Assembly: GCA_000004695.1 (NCBI GenBank)
Contig: CM000153.2
Coordinates: 3,328,001-3,392,000 of the forward strand
DNA length: 64,000 bases
Source: Dictyostelium discoideum
Lineage: Eukaryota
Direction: 5' to 3'
Each line of letters starts with the position of its first letter. Positions within the stretch are counted from its first letter, which is position 1. The position numbers and the translations under genes were made by a program. This document shows positions 24,213 through 37,173 of the stretch, piece after piece. The notes beneath the pieces were generated by a model. It had not been told where the DNA came from, did no database searches, and saw nothing but the letters and a program-made list of their open reading frames with translations.

Positions 24213-24381
24213 TTTTTTTTTTTTATTTTTTTTTTTTTTTAATAATTATATTATTATTTTTTTTATTATTTTAAAGAAATTAAAATGAAAAAAAATATAT
24301 TAAATTAAATTAAATAGGTTGTGAAAATAAAATTTTTGATTAAAAAAAAAAAAAAAATTTATGTGAAAACTTACAATACTT

Positions 24382-24415
<34 letters not shown>

Positions 24416-24622
24416 TTTAGATTCAATGAGATATTATTTCAACCAATTTTTTCAAAAAAAAAAAAATAAAAATTTCCAAAATAAAAAAAAAAATTTTTAA
24501 AAATAAACTGATTGGTGTGTGTGTTGGTTATTATTACAGTGTGTTGGTTATTAATATGGTGTTTTTTTTTTTCTTTTTTTTTTTTCAAATAATTGATCAA
24601 GATTAGAAAAAAAAATTAAAAA

Positions 24623-24660
<38 letters not shown>

Positions 24661-24699
24661 TTTTATCATATCTTTTGTTATTTTTAAAATACCATTTAT

Positions 24700-24763
24700 T
24701 ATATTTTATTATATTTTATTTTATTTTATTTTATTTTATTTTATTTTATTTTATTTTATTTTT
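24700..24763. repeat. (ATTTT)n pentanucleotide microsatellite
   Basis: The unit attttattttattttatttt... is repeated about 11 times in the intergenic space between the FAD oxidase gene and the OST3/6 gene. Confidence 0.8.
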
Positions 24764-24784
24764 TCCAATCAAAAAAAAAAAAAT

Positions 24785-25913
24785 TTAATAATGATAAGTG
24801 ACAGATGGAATGAAAAATAATGGACGGTAATATTTAATTTGGAAAGCGAGGGATTGGAAGAAGAGTAAGACTATAATTGATGACATACCCATAAAGAATA
24901 ATAAACCCTTACTTTTTGATGAAAAATTTGTATAATTTGGTAAAATATCTGAAAGGAATACAAAAATAAGAGTAATTGCAATAGCTATTTATTATTTTTT
25001 ATTAATTTTGGATTTTTTTTAATTTAATAATTAGTATTGAATTATAATTTGGAAAGTAATAAAAAAAAATTAAAAAATAAAAAAAATTAAAAAAAAGGAT
25101 ACATACTTGAAACACCCATGATCATACCCTCTGAAACAGTTTGACTTCTTGAACCTCTTGAGAAGTAGTTATAAGTTTGTTGACGATGATCAAACTCATA
25201 AAAGTTTGGTTTATGAATAAAGTCATAGAAAATACCCATAATAACGCATGCGAATAATAACTATTTTATAAATATAATTTGAAAATAAACTTTGTGTTAA
25301 AATATTTGTTGAATTTGGAAAATATCATTCTCCCCCCAAAAAAAAAAAAAAAAAAAGTGAAAAAATAAAAAAAATATAAAAAAAAAATACATACAATTGT
25401 TAAGAAATACCAAAACATTGGACTTTTTCTTTTTCTATAGGCAGTAATAAGGAATCTAACTGATGCTAAAAATACAACAAAGCTTAAAATTTGAACTGAA
25501 TATTTTTCATAAAATGTTTTAACTGGTTCAATCTAAAGGATATATATATTTTTATTTTTAAAAAAAATGTTAATGATTATTATTAAATGTATATATATAT
25601 GATATAAATTAAATAAATAAATACTCTAATCTTTGAATGACTATAAATGAAATCAGAGATTGATTGAGAAGAGGTTTGTTCGAAACCTGTGTAGGCATAA
25701 CCTTTTTGAGTGATTGGTTTTGATCCACTTGGTATGAATAATAAATGTGGAATTGTATTTAAACCAATTGTTTGGAATACTTCCATATTATAATCGACTT
25801 CCAAAATAACGATAAAAATTGGTTTCTCCAAAAATCCTGCTGAATTTAAATATGGTTCATATGAAAGTGAGAATGATTCAATTTGATTCTTTAATTGACT
25901 TTAATAAATTAAA

Positions 25914-25977
<64 letters not shown>

Positions 25978-26349
25978 GTTTTATTAGTATTTATTAATTT
26001 GAAGAATGTATATAATATGTATGAATGAATGAATGAATAGGGGGTATTGTGACACATACACACAACCACTACAACCATATTTTGGATTAGAAGATGTGAA
26101 AAGAGCTAATAAATCATATGGTCTATTTTGAGCGGTAACGAATTTCTTTGAATCTAAATTTGATTTGAATTCAACTACACCACCTGCTTTCTTTGCTCTA
26201 TCGTATAAATCATTCAATAGTTTCTTTTCGCTTGATGTTAATGGTTTTTGGTTGGTTGTTGATGGTGCACCATATGTTAAACAAAAACTACCAATTATAA
26301 CAACAAATAATAAAAGTAATATTGTTGAAACTTTTGATGATTTCATCAT
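24785..26349 (-). CDS. oligosaccharyltransferase subunit OST3/OST6 family (TUSC3/MagT1-like), ~351 aa; join(complement: 26060..26349, 25625..25898, 25395..25532, 25107..25260, 24785..24984)
   Basis: Exon 1 encodes a signal peptide and a thioredoxin-like region with CxxC (KFVTAQNRPYDLLALFTSSNPKYGCSGC). Exon 2 (IFIVILEVDYNMEVFQTIGLNTIPHLLFIP) matches TUSC3 [29 protein letters not shown]. Exons 3-5 encode four transmembrane helices: FACVIMGIFYDFIHKPNFYEFDHRQQTYNYF aligns with [31 protein letters not shown], and the C-terminus is LLFFMGMSSIIVLLFFQSLAFQIKYYRPLFFIP. Donors are GTATGT (x3) and GTATTT, and the phases are consistent. Confidence 0.75.
25914..25977. repeat. (AAT)n trinucleotide microsatellite inside intron 1 of the OST3/6 gene
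   Basis: About 21 perfect ATA/AAT repeats. The ORF-track entries 25819..26028 and 25878..26078 (poly-Ile) are artefacts of this tract. Confidence 0.85.
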
Positions 26350-26944
26350 TTTGTTTTTTATTACTATTATCAGTGATCTTCTAAAATAAAATTAAAAAAA
26401 ATAAAAAAAAAATTAAATTAAAAAAAATAAAAAAAAATGAAATTTTTTTTTTTTTTTTTTTTCATTTTATTTTTAATTTTTTTTTTGTTTTTTTAATTTT
26501 ATTTTTGTTTTATCTTTGATTTATCATCAATTTGATATTGTGTTTTAATATTTTACTTTTATTGAATATTATTTAATATTTTTTATAAAAAAAAAAATAA
26601 ATAAATAAATAAATAAAAAAAAATAAATAAAAAAAAAATAAATAATCAAAAGTGAAAATTTAATATTAATAAAATTTTATTAAAAAAAAAAAAAAAAAAA
26701 AAAAAAAGAAATTTAATAGAATAAAAATTAGAAATTTAATATAGCTTAAAGCTCGGATGATTTAATCATATATCCAAATTTAAATAATTTTTTCAATATT
26801 TCCCATGTTGTCATTAAAATTTAAATAAAGGAAATCTTGGCAACACATTTTTTTTTTCATTTTTTTTTTTTTTTTTTTTTTTAATTTTTTTTTTTTTTTT
26901 TGTCATTTTTTTTTTTTATCATTTTTTTTTATATAAATAGAAAT

Positions 26945-28519
26945 ATGATCACCTTTGTTGAAAATAAAAATAGTAGTGTTGATAATATAAATACAAATAA
27001 TAATAATAGTAGTAGTAATAATAATAATAACAACAATAATAATAATAGTCGCTCTTTATTCAGGAATTTAATAATATTGTTGTTTCTCTTAACATTTTTA
27101 AATTTAATTTTATTAAAAAAAATAGATTTAAATTATAAAGATAGTGATATATTCTATAGTAATAATAATAATAATAATAATAAAGGGACCACCCAAAAAT
27201 TTAATATAGATAGTTTAGGTATTAAATTAACAAATTTAGATAATTTACATAATACAGCAAATAGTATTGTAATTAATAAAATGGATAAAACAACTCAAAC
27301 CACCACATCACAATCATTAAACGATAATGATAATATTAATAAAAATGTAATGAATAAGCGTGTTTATTGGCCAAATGTATATCAAAGAATTAGTAACAAC
27401 AACAACAACAACAATAATAATAATAATAATTATAATAATGATGAAAATGATGATAATAGTAATAATAATAACTATGTTGAAAAAATTGAATGGAATAAAT
27501 GTATATTATCATTGATGGGTATTGATTCAATTAATAAATCAATTGGATACTCATTTATAGAATTAGATATTGAAGATGGTAAATTAATTTTAACTTCTGA
27601 TACTAATCAAGATGAACCACGTGTAAATAGTGGTGGAGATGAACCAACAACAACAACAACAACCTCATCATCATCATCATCATCAGATTTCTTTACTTCA
27701 TCAATTAATAGAAAAAGAGTTATAATGGCACATGCAAAAAGTTGTCCATTTCATGAATTAGAATTATCAAATTCAATAATACATAAAGATTTACAAATTG
27801 AAAAATTCTATCCACCTGTTAAAGTTGGTGTATCAGTATTGGTTGAAGATAGTTATAATAGGATATTGTTAACTAAAAGATCAGAATCCTTAAGAATATT
27901 TCCAGGTATTTGGGTACTACCTGGTGGTCATATGGAAATTGGTGAAAATTTCATACAGACAGGTTTACGTGAACTAAATGAAGAAACTGGTATTACCATT
28001 GACATGATTGATACAAAAACTTTACAAGTTATTGGTATATTTGAAAGTTCATATCCAAATTTATTACCAGTTGATAAATTACCAATTGATCATCACATAG
28101 TTGTATTTATATATGTTAAATTAGCATTACCAACAAATAATAATAATAATAATAATAATAAAGTAATAATAAAATTACAAGAATCAGAAGTTCAATTAGC
28201 AGCATGGACACCAAAATCATTATTATTAAAATTATTAGAAGGTACACATCCAGAATTTGATCTATATCCAACAGATACATATCATCATCAATCTCATAAA
28301 AATACTTTAAATTCTGCTTCTTTTGCACCAACTAAAGATATTGAATTAATTCTTCCAATTGGTAAAGAGAATGATCCACACTATCAAGATTTAACAAATG
28401 ATAAAATTAAAGATATCTTTTTTAAAGGCACTGATAATATTGCAACTGGTACAATTTATATTTTAAAACAATATCTAAGAGAAGAAGAAGAAGAAGAATT
28501 ATTAAAAAATAATAAATAA
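26945..28519 (+). CDS. Nudix hydrolase domain protein with long N-terminal low-complexity/TM region (~524 aa)
   Basis: The Nudix box is present: GIWVLPGGHMEIGENFIQTGLRELNEETGI (GX5EX7REUXEEXGU). The ORF-track start at 26900 is a TTG inside a T-run; the first ATG is at 26945. Asn, Thr and Ser homopolymer tracts are present. Confidence 0.7.
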   Translation: MITFVENKNSSVDNINTNNNNSSSNNNNNNNNNNSRSLFRNLIILLFLLTFLNLILLKKIDLNYKDSDIFYSNNNNNNNKGTTQKFNIDSLGIKLTNLDNLHNTANSIVINKMDKTTQTTTSQSLNDNDNINKNVMNKRVYWPNVYQRISNNNNNNNNNNNNYNNDENDDNSNNNNYVEKIEWNKCILSLMGIDSINKSIGYSFIELDIEDGKLILTSDTNQDEPRVNSGGDEPTTTTTTSSSSSSSDFFTSSINRKRVIMAHAKSCPFHELELSNSIIHKDLQIEKFYPPVKVGVSVLVEDSYNRILLTKRSESLRIFPGIWVLPGGHMEIGENFIQTGLRELNEETGITIDMIDTKTLQVIGIFESSYPNLLPVDKLPIDHHIVVFIYVKLALPTNNNNNNNNKVIIKLQESEVQLAAWTPKSLLLKLLEGTHPEFDLYPTDTYHHQSHKNTLNSASFAPTKDIELILPIGKENDPHYQDLTNDKIKDIFFKGTDNIATGTIYILKQYLREEEEEELLKNNK

Positions 28520-28592
28520 ATAATAAATTAATAAATATATAATTTTTTTTATTTTTTTTATTTTTTTATTTTTTTTATTTTTTTTAATTTTT

Positions 28593-29897
28593 TTAATGAA
28601 CTCTTTTATGTTCTGGTTTATGTTTATATTCATAATCAACATGAACAAAAGCTCTATCAACATCTGATAATGATTCTAATTTCTCTTGAAGTGATTCACC
28701 AATATCATGAGTTTGAACCAATGGCATTGATGGTGGTAAGACTATATCAACTTCAACATATAAATTATTACCAACATGGAATGCTCTACAAGTATCAACT
28801 TTAAGTACTTCAGGATGATGAGTTAAAGCTATAAAAGTTAATTTTTGAAGGAATTCTGGTGATGCTGATTTACCAACTAATAATTGAATTTGTTCATAGG
28901 CTTCAGAAGTCCAAGAACGTAAAATGATTAAAGCAACAACGATTGCACCACTTGGATCTAACCACCAAACCCAATTTTGACCTAAAATAGCCATACCAAC
29001 ACCAAATGAATTAACCACGATATCATTTCTATGATCGGTTGCTAAAATCATTGAAGATGATGAATGAGTTAATCTACGACAATATAAAAACATTGCTACT
29101 TTGATTAAAATTGCAAGACCAACCAAAGAGTACATTAAAATCTTTGTTGAGAGTGTTATTTCTGGGTCTTCTGGACGTGAAATTAATTTTGATACACCTT
29201 CATATAAAAGATTCAAAGACACAGTTGCCATTAATGATGCAAAGATGATGATACCAATTGGCTCCATACGACTCTTGCCAGTTGGGTAAAGTATGAAATT
29301 CTTTTTCTTTCTATAACGATCTGTCATGAATAAAATGAAACCACTGAGTAAATCCATGAATGCGTCTACTGATGTTGCAATTAATGCACGTGATCCTGTG
29401 ACGAATGCTGCTGAAATTTGTAGACAAAATAATAAACAATTTACACATAGGGAACCGGTGATTGCAACCTTAACTTTAAAATCCTCTTCTTCCTCCTTAC
29501 CATGATCTAATAATTCAATTGGTTCAAGAATTGATTCGATTAATTCGTTTTGTCTTTCATAGAATTTACGTGATTTCTTACTTGAGGATTTTATAAATTC
29601 ATCATCCATTCTTGTACTTTCTAAAACTGATCTAAGTTCATCGGCTTTAACATTTCTACGATGAACGTTCTTGCCTCTATGATTATTGATATATTGTTCA
29701 AATTCTAATTCTACTGATGGATTTATTGGTACATTATGATCATCATCATTTGATGACGATGATGATGACGATGAAATACTGTCATTACTATTTCTAATAC
29801 TATCTTTATTAATTAAACTAACTTTATCATCATTATTATTATCTCTTTTTCTTGGAGATGTATACATCCCCTCATCTTCAATAATTTCTGAGTACAT
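28593..29897 (-). CDS. cation diffusion facilitator (CDF) family metal transporter, Mn-CDF/MTP-like, 434 aa
   Basis: Six predicted TM helices with CDF motifs (SLCVNCLLFCLQISAAFVTGSRALIATSVDAFMDLLSG...HHPEVLKVDTCRAFHVGNNLYVEVDIVLP). The N-terminus is Ser/Asp-rich and the C-terminal cytoplasmic domain is CDF-type. Confidence 0.75.
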   Translation of the reverse strand: MYSEIIEDEGMYTSPRKRDNNNDDKVSLINKDSIRNSNDSISSSSSSSSNDDDHNVPINPSVELEFEQYINNHRGKNVHRRNVKADELRSVLESTRMDDEFIKSSSKKSRKFYERQNELIESILEPIELLDHGKEEEEDFKVKVAITGSLCVNCLLFCLQISAAFVTGSRALIATSVDAFMDLLSGFILFMTDRYRKKKNFILYPTGKSRMEPIGIIIFASLMATVSLNLLYEGVSKLISRPEDPEITLSTKILMYSLVGLAILIKVAMFLYCRRLTHSSSSMILATDHRNDIVVNSFGVGMAILGQNWVWWLDPSGAIVVALIILRSWTSEAYEQIQLLVGKSASPEFLQKLTFIALTHHPEVLKVDTCRAFHVGNNLYVEVDIVLPPSMPLVQTHDIGESLQEKLESLSDVDRAFVHVDYEYKHKPEHKRVH

Positions 29898-30194
29898 TTT
29901 TTTAATAATAAAAAAAAAAAAAAAAAAAAAAAATTAAAAAATTAATACGTCTTTGAAAAAAAAAAAAAAAAAAAAAATGGGAAAATAAAAAAAAAAAAAT
30001 AAAATAAAATAAAATTATAAAAAAAATAAAAAAAATAAAACGTCCGTCGAAATAATATTTATTTATTTTATTTTATTTTATTATTTTTTTTGTCTCTATT
30101 AGTTATTCATTTTTTTTTTTTTTTTTTATCCTTATTAATTATTTGATTTGTTTTTTTTTTTTTTTTTTTTTTAAAACATTCTTATTTTTTAATT

Positions 30195-30228
<34 letters not shown>

Positions 30229-30710
30229 CAAAATTTTGGGGTTTGAAGTATGATCAAATTTTTAAAATAAATTTAATTTTCCTGAAAAAAAATGTTTTAA
30301 TTAATTGTTTTTGGCCAACCCCTTATTTTTTTTTTTTTTTTTTTTAATTTTTTATTTTATTTTATTTTATTTTATTTTATTTTATTTATTTTTTTTTTTT
30401 TTTTTTTTTGAAGGTAAGACAAAAACTAAAATTATTTTATTGAAACGGTGTGGAGTTTGTGTGATCAGGATACATTATTTTATTTTTTTTATTTTATTTT
30501 ATTTTTTTTTTTATTTTATTTTTTTTTTTTTTTTTTTCCATTTTACTTTTTTTTTTTATTTTTCGAATTTTTTTTTTTTTTATTTTTATTTTTTTTTTTT
30601 TTTTCTTTGTACAAATTTAATTTGTGTAAAAGTAATTTCTCTATTTTTTTTTTTTTTTTATTATTATTATTTTTTTTTTATATATATACATATAAAAATT
30701 AATAGTATAA

Positions 30711-32093
<1,383 letters not shown>

Positions 32094-32267
32094 AAAAAAA
32101 AAAATTAAAATAAATTTATTATATTTTAAAAATATATATATATATATTTCATTAAAAAAAAAAAAAAAAAAAAAACAAGTGTATCTTATTTTTTTTAGAT
32201 TGCAAGTTCAAAACATTTTATTTTATTTTAATTTATTTTTTTTATTTTTTTTTTTTTAATCAAACAC

Positions 32268-32310
32268 AAACCCACTTCGGGTGGCTTTTTTTTTTTTTTT
32301 TTTTTTTTTT
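32268..32310 (+). other. GC-rich hairpin (cccac-ttcgg-gtgg) followed by a T25 run, 3' of purA
   Basis: Direct reading of 32268..32310 shows a short G+C stem-loop followed by a T25 run, within otherwise pure A/T DNA. Confidence 0.3.
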
Positions 32311-32350
32311 CAAAATAAAAATTCATTTTTCAAAAATCTTAGACTAAAAA

Positions 32351-32683
32351 ATGGATAATAATAATAAAATTATAGAATATTTAAATCAAAATAATATTTC
32401 ATTTGATTCATTAAAACAAATTATAAAAAATAATAAAGATATTGAAAAAGAAGAGATTAATTTTGTAAAATATAAAACTACAACAAATAATAAACATTAC
32501 ACATTGAATGTTATTGCATATTTTAGTAATGGAAATGATATTATTAAAATTACAACATTTCATGATATTAAACATATGATTTATAATAAAAATGAAAATG
32601 ATGAAAATGAATTAACAACTTCAATTATTATTCCTGGTATGTATTTTTTTTTATAAAAACACTTTTATTTTTGTTCTAATATC

Positions 32684-32737
<54 letters not shown>

Positions 32738-33857
32738 TTTAAAGAAATGTGAAAAGAAACAAATGTATTTAGATGAATCAAATACTGAAGTTATTAAAAA
32801 AGGAGAAATTAATTCAAAATTAACTTTTAAAAATAAATCAATTCAATATTCAATTATATTTGAATTAGAGAATAATTCAAATATAATTCAACACAATGAT
32901 AATAATAATATTATCTACAACACAAATATACCATTCAATAGAAATTCATTTATTGATTTAAATCCATTTAAAGGAATTCCAATTGATTATAATTGTTCAA
33001 TTGGTAATATTACTGAAAATAATTCAACAAATATATTAGTTCGTTTATCAACCAATAATAATAATAATAATAATAATGATATTACAAATAATACACCTGG
33101 TTTATTCCAAATTAGTTATCCAATTTCTCAAAATTTACACCAAGATTATTTAAATAATCAAAAACCAAAACAACAACAACAACAAAAACAACAATCACAA
33201 AATAATAAAGGTAAAAAACAAAATTCAAATCAAAATAAACAACAACAACAACAACAAAAACAAAAAGAACAAAAAATAGAAAATATAGAAGAAAATGAAA
33301 AAGAGAGTCAATTTGATAAATTTAATAATTTATATAGAATTGATAATACATATAAACAACAATTAAATGAATTAAATCAAAAAGTTCAAGATTTACAATA
33401 TAAATTAAAAACAACACAAATTCAAATATCAATAATGGAATCAAATTCAATTACAAATAAGAATATAATTGATCAAGAAATTTTAAATAAAATTAAATTA
33501 AATTTATTTTCTCAAGAACATTCAATCAAATTTGAAATCAATAGTTTTATTGATGATATTAAATTATTAGAACAACAAATTAAATTAATTAGTCATAATA
33601 TTATTAAATCCAATGAAAGCTCAAGTATCAATGGTAATGGTGGTGATAATAATAAAACACTTGTCACTGAAAATAAATCTAAAGATGATTTAATAAAATT
33701 TTGGAATGATTATGGTGAAATTTATTTAAAAATTAAAAATGAAATTTCTGATATTGGACTTTGCCAATATGATAATTTCATTTTAAAAATCAAAGAAATA
33801 TTCTCAAAAAATATGAAAAATTCGAATTTAGTCAAATTTTCTGCTTTTTGTGGTTAA
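32351..33857 (+). CDS. hypothetical Asn/Gln-rich coiled-coil protein; join(32351..32636,32737..33857) (junction tentative)
   Basis: ORF 32351..32656 ends at a GTATGT donor (32637). The frame of ORF 32763..33857 stays open upstream to an AG at 32735-32736, which gives a phase-1 join (..IIIPG|GLKKCEKKQMYLDE..). I recognise no domain; there are Q/N/K-rich tracts. Confidence 0.45.
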
Positions 33858-33908
33858 CTAAAAAAAAAAAAAGTGAATATATTTGTCCAAATTTGACACA
33901 AATATCTA

Positions 33909-33947
<39 letters not shown>

Positions 33948-34034
33948 AATTTGGAAAAAAAAAAATCTTTTTTCTCTCAACTTTCGTTCATTTCGTTTTT
34001 TTTTTTTTTTTTTTTTTAATTCAATTTAATTTAA

Positions 34035-34066
<32 letters not shown>

Positions 34067-34095
34067 AATTATTATTTTTTTTTTTTTTTAAAAAA

Positions 34096-36252
34096 ATGAT
34101 TAATTCACTACATATTTTTAAAAAAAGTTTTTTAAATTCAACAGCAATACAAACTTCAACAACTAGATTATTTAATTTAGAACAACAATATAAACAACAA
34201 TTACCAATTTATTCATATTTTTATAATAACTTTTTTACAAGAAAAGAATCTAAAAAAAAAAATGATCAACAATTTAAAAAAAAGAATCCAAATGATAGAA
34301 ATAAAAGTTTAAGAAATAAAAGAGCACCAGCACCAAAAGAACAAACAATGAAAAAACATCGTAGAATTGAACAAGAGACAAAAATAAGAGAGGATAGAGA
34401 AAATAAATATGAAATTCAAAAAAAGAAAAGATCTGATAAATTAAAGAAAACTAATGAAGTTAGTTTTAAACATCTTGATTATAAATTAAATGAAGATGGT
34501 AAAGAGTTTAATATAAATAGTTTAGATAAATTTTTATCTCCACAATCAAAATCAAAATTAAAATCATCATCAAAATCATCAACTTCAAAATCATCACCAA
34601 AATCATCACCAAAATCATCACCAAAATCATTGAATTTCTTGGAAAATTTAGTTGGAACTAAAAAATCAAAAAAAGAAATTGAACAAGAAGAAATTTTAAA
34701 AAAATATGAACAAATGATGGAATCAAAAGATAAACCAATTTATACAGATTTTAATAGAATTAAATTTAGAGTTTCAAAAGATATGGAAGGTATGAGAGTT
34801 GATAAATGGATTAGTACAAAATTACCAGTTTTACCACATTCTTTAATTTGTCGTTGGTTAAGAAACAAAGCAATTTTCATGGAAAATGGTGAAGAGAAAA
34901 AAGTTGGTGAAGAAAATTATAAAAATGAGAAAGTAGAGGAGGAGGAAGAGAATAATGAGGAGGAGGAAGAAGAGGATGATGAAGAAGAAGAAAAAGAAGA
35001 GGAGGAAGAGGAAGAAGAAGAGTATGAAGAAGAAAAGGAAAAAGAAAAAGATGAAGAGGAAGAAGAAGAGTATGAAGAAGAATATGAAGAAGAAGAATAT
35101 GAAGAAGAAGAATATGAAGAAGAAGAATATGAAGAGGGAGAATATGAAGAGGAAGAAAATAAAAATTTAGATTTATCAAAAACTACAACAACAACAAAAG
35201 AAAATAAAGTAAACCCTGTTCAACTTAAAAGACATAAATTAAAATTTAATGATAAAGTTCAAGTTGGTAGTTGGATTTATTTCCCAGCTCAAGTAATATT
35301 AGATCAACAGATTGCAGATATTAAAGATCCACAAAAATATGCAAGATTAAGTGATCAAGAAATTAAAGAAATCAGAGAAAGTGTTTTATATAAAGACGAA
35401 CATATTATAGTATTAAATAAACCACAAGGTTTATCAGTTCAAGGTGGTACAGGTTTAAATAAACATTTAGATATGATGTTGAGTCATTTACGTTTTGAAA
35501 AGGATGAAAATCCAAAATTAGTTCATCGTTTAGATAGGAATACTTCTGGTATCTTAATTTTAGGTAGATCAAAATTGGCTGCAAGTGCAATGACTAAAAA
35601 ATTTGAATTAAAATTAGTAAAAGAAAATAAAAAAGATAAAGATGATAATAATAATAATAAAAATAATAAAAATAATAATAAAAATGATAGTAAAAGATTA
35701 TTTAGAGAAAAAGAAGTTTTTAATAATAACAAAAATAAAGATGAAGAAAATGAAAATTATAGTAAAGGTATTAAAAAAACATATTGGGCATTATTAGGTT
35801 CAACACCAACACCAAAAGAAGGTAGAATTAGAGCACCATTGAAAAAGGTGGTTGTTGGTGGTTTTGAAAAGGTTGTACCAACTTTAACAACTGGTGATGG
35901 TGCAAAAATTGCAATCACTGAATACAAAGTATTGGAATCATCTTTAACTAAACATTGTTTTATTTCATTATGGCCTGAAACAGGTCGTACTCATCAATTA
36001 AGAGTACATTGTGCTTCAGTTTTAAATACTCCAATCATTGGTGACCCAAAATATGGTGATAAAGAATCTGATTCAAATTTAAAAGATCTTTTACCATATC
36101 CTTCAAAATTACATTTACATGCAAGAAGAATTGAATTCATTCATCCATTCACAAATAAGAAAATTGATATCTCTGCTCCATTACCAAGAGAATTGGTTCA
36201 AAATTGGAAAACAATGGGTTTTAATTATAAATTTGATGATAAATCAATTTAA
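34096..36252 (+). CDS. RluA-family RNA pseudouridine synthase with S4-like region and a large acidic insertion, 718 aa
   Basis: Catalytic motif HRLDRNTSGILILGRSK (RluA HRLDxxTSG) with the Asp nucleophile. Downstream are GRTHQLRVHCASVLNTPIIGDPKYG and LHLHARRIEFIHPFTNK. An S4-like region (RVDKWISTKLPVL) precedes a ~95-aa E/Y/K-rich insertion (34900..35165). N-terminal KSSPKSSPKSSPKS repeats are also present. Confidence 0.8.
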   Translation: MINSLHIFKKSFLNSTAIQTSTTRLFNLEQQYKQQLPIYSYFYNNFFTRKESKKKNDQQFKKKNPNDRNKSLRNKRAPAPKEQTMKKHRRIEQETKIREDRENKYEIQKKKRSDKLKKTNEVSFKHLDYKLNEDGKEFNINSLDKFLSPQSKSKLKSSSKSSTSKSSPKSSPKSSPKSLNFLENLVGTKKSKKEIEQEEILKKYEQMMESKDKPIYTDFNRIKFRVSKDMEGMRVDKWISTKLPVLPHSLICRWLRNKAIFMENGEEKKVGEENYKNEKVEEEEENNEEEEEEDDEEEEKEEEEEEEEEYEEEKEKEKDEEEEEEYEEEYEEEEYEEEEYEEEEYEEGEYEEEENKNLDLSKTTTTTKENKVNPVQLKRHKLKFNDKVQVGSWIYFPAQVILDQQIADIKDPQKYARLSDQEIKEIRESVLYKDEHIIVLNKPQGLSVQGGTGLNKHLDMMLSHLRFEKDENPKLVHRLDRNTSGILILGRSKLAASAMTKKFELKLVKENKKDKDDNNNNKNNKNNNKNDSKRLFREKEVFNNNKNKDEENENYSKGIKKTYWALLGSTPTPKEGRIRAPLKKVVVGGFEKVVPTLTTGDGAKIAITEYKVLESSLTKHCFISLWPETGRTHQLRVHCASVLNTPIIGDPKYGDKESDSNLKDLLPYPSKLHLHARRIEFIHPFTNKKIDISAPLPRELVQNWKTMGFNYKFDDKSI

Positions 36253-36610
36253 TAAATGAATAATTTTTTGTTAAAATTTTTTTTTTTTTTTAATCAAATA
36301 AATATTTTATTTATTTTATTTACTCATTTTTTTTTTTTTTTAATCAAATAAATATTTTTTAAAATAAATAATAGTTTTTCTTTTTATTTTATTTTTTTTA
36401 ATTTAAATAACAACTTGTTATTAATTAAAAAAGTTGGGAAGAGAAGAGGAAGAAGGAGAGGAGGAAGGATATTTTTTATAAAAAAAAAAAATTAAAAAAA
36501 AAAGAAATTTGAAGAAAACTAGTTTATTATCTTAATTATTATAATTTATCTCTACCTTTTTTTTTTTTTTTTTCCCTAATTTCCAAAAATTTAATTATTG
36601 TAGGTTAATT

Positions 36611-37173
36611 TTAATGACACATATCTTCAATGATTGCTACAGATTTTGAAAATCTTTTTTGACCAAATAAATAAAAACCAACACCAATACCTAAAACACA
36701 TGAAATACAAATTCCACCATTAAATGACATAAAAATTAACATTATTGTATAATTTACAATGAATGCAATCATATGTACAATAGTTTTCCATAAATGACTA
36801 ATTAAAAATTTATTATATAAATCTTTTAAACTACTATTTTTTTTACCACTATTATGATTATTTATTAATAATGATCTTTCTTGTTCTGAACCTAAATTTA
36901 AATTAATAATAAATAAAAAAAATAAAATAATTTATTATTAAATTTTTATTATTATTATTTTTTTTTTTTTTTTCACCCCAAATTAATTAATTAATTAATC
37001 AATCAATAATTACTATTTGTACTATTTAAGCCATGACGATAGGTGGACCAAAATTCACTGAATAAACAAATCGAAAAACAAATTAATAATGTTAAAGCAT
37101 AGGCTCCTGGACTATTAAATACCCATGTGGAGAATAATAGAGGAGAGTTTTCATATGTCCAATGAAAAAGCAT
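36611..37173 (-). CDS. Ctr-family copper transporter, ~146 aa; join(complement: 37014..37173, 36611..36891)
   Basis: Exon 1 (MLFHWTYENSPLLFSTWVFNSPGAYALTLLICFSICLFSEFWSTYRHGLNSTN) aligns with hCTR1 TM1 ([52 protein letters not shown]). Exon 2 (HLWKTIVHMIAFIVNYTIMLIFMSFNGGICISCVLGIGVGFYLFGQKRF...EDMCH*) aligns with [47 protein letters not shown]...EHCH. The donor is GTAATT, the acceptor is aatttag, and the phase is 1. Confidence 0.7.

Noticed and set aside
26900-26944. ORF-track start MSFFFFIIFFYINRNM for the Nudix gene, and similar starts at 50709 and 52040
   Set aside because: These starts are TTG codons inside homopolymer runs. The first ATG (26945, 50778, 52070) is used instead.
34877-35179. 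Antisense poly-Leu/His ORF and +1 frame poly-Lys ORF (34955..35170) in the pseudouridine synthase gene
   Set aside because: They are other readings of the GAA/GAG repeat that encodes the acidic insertion.
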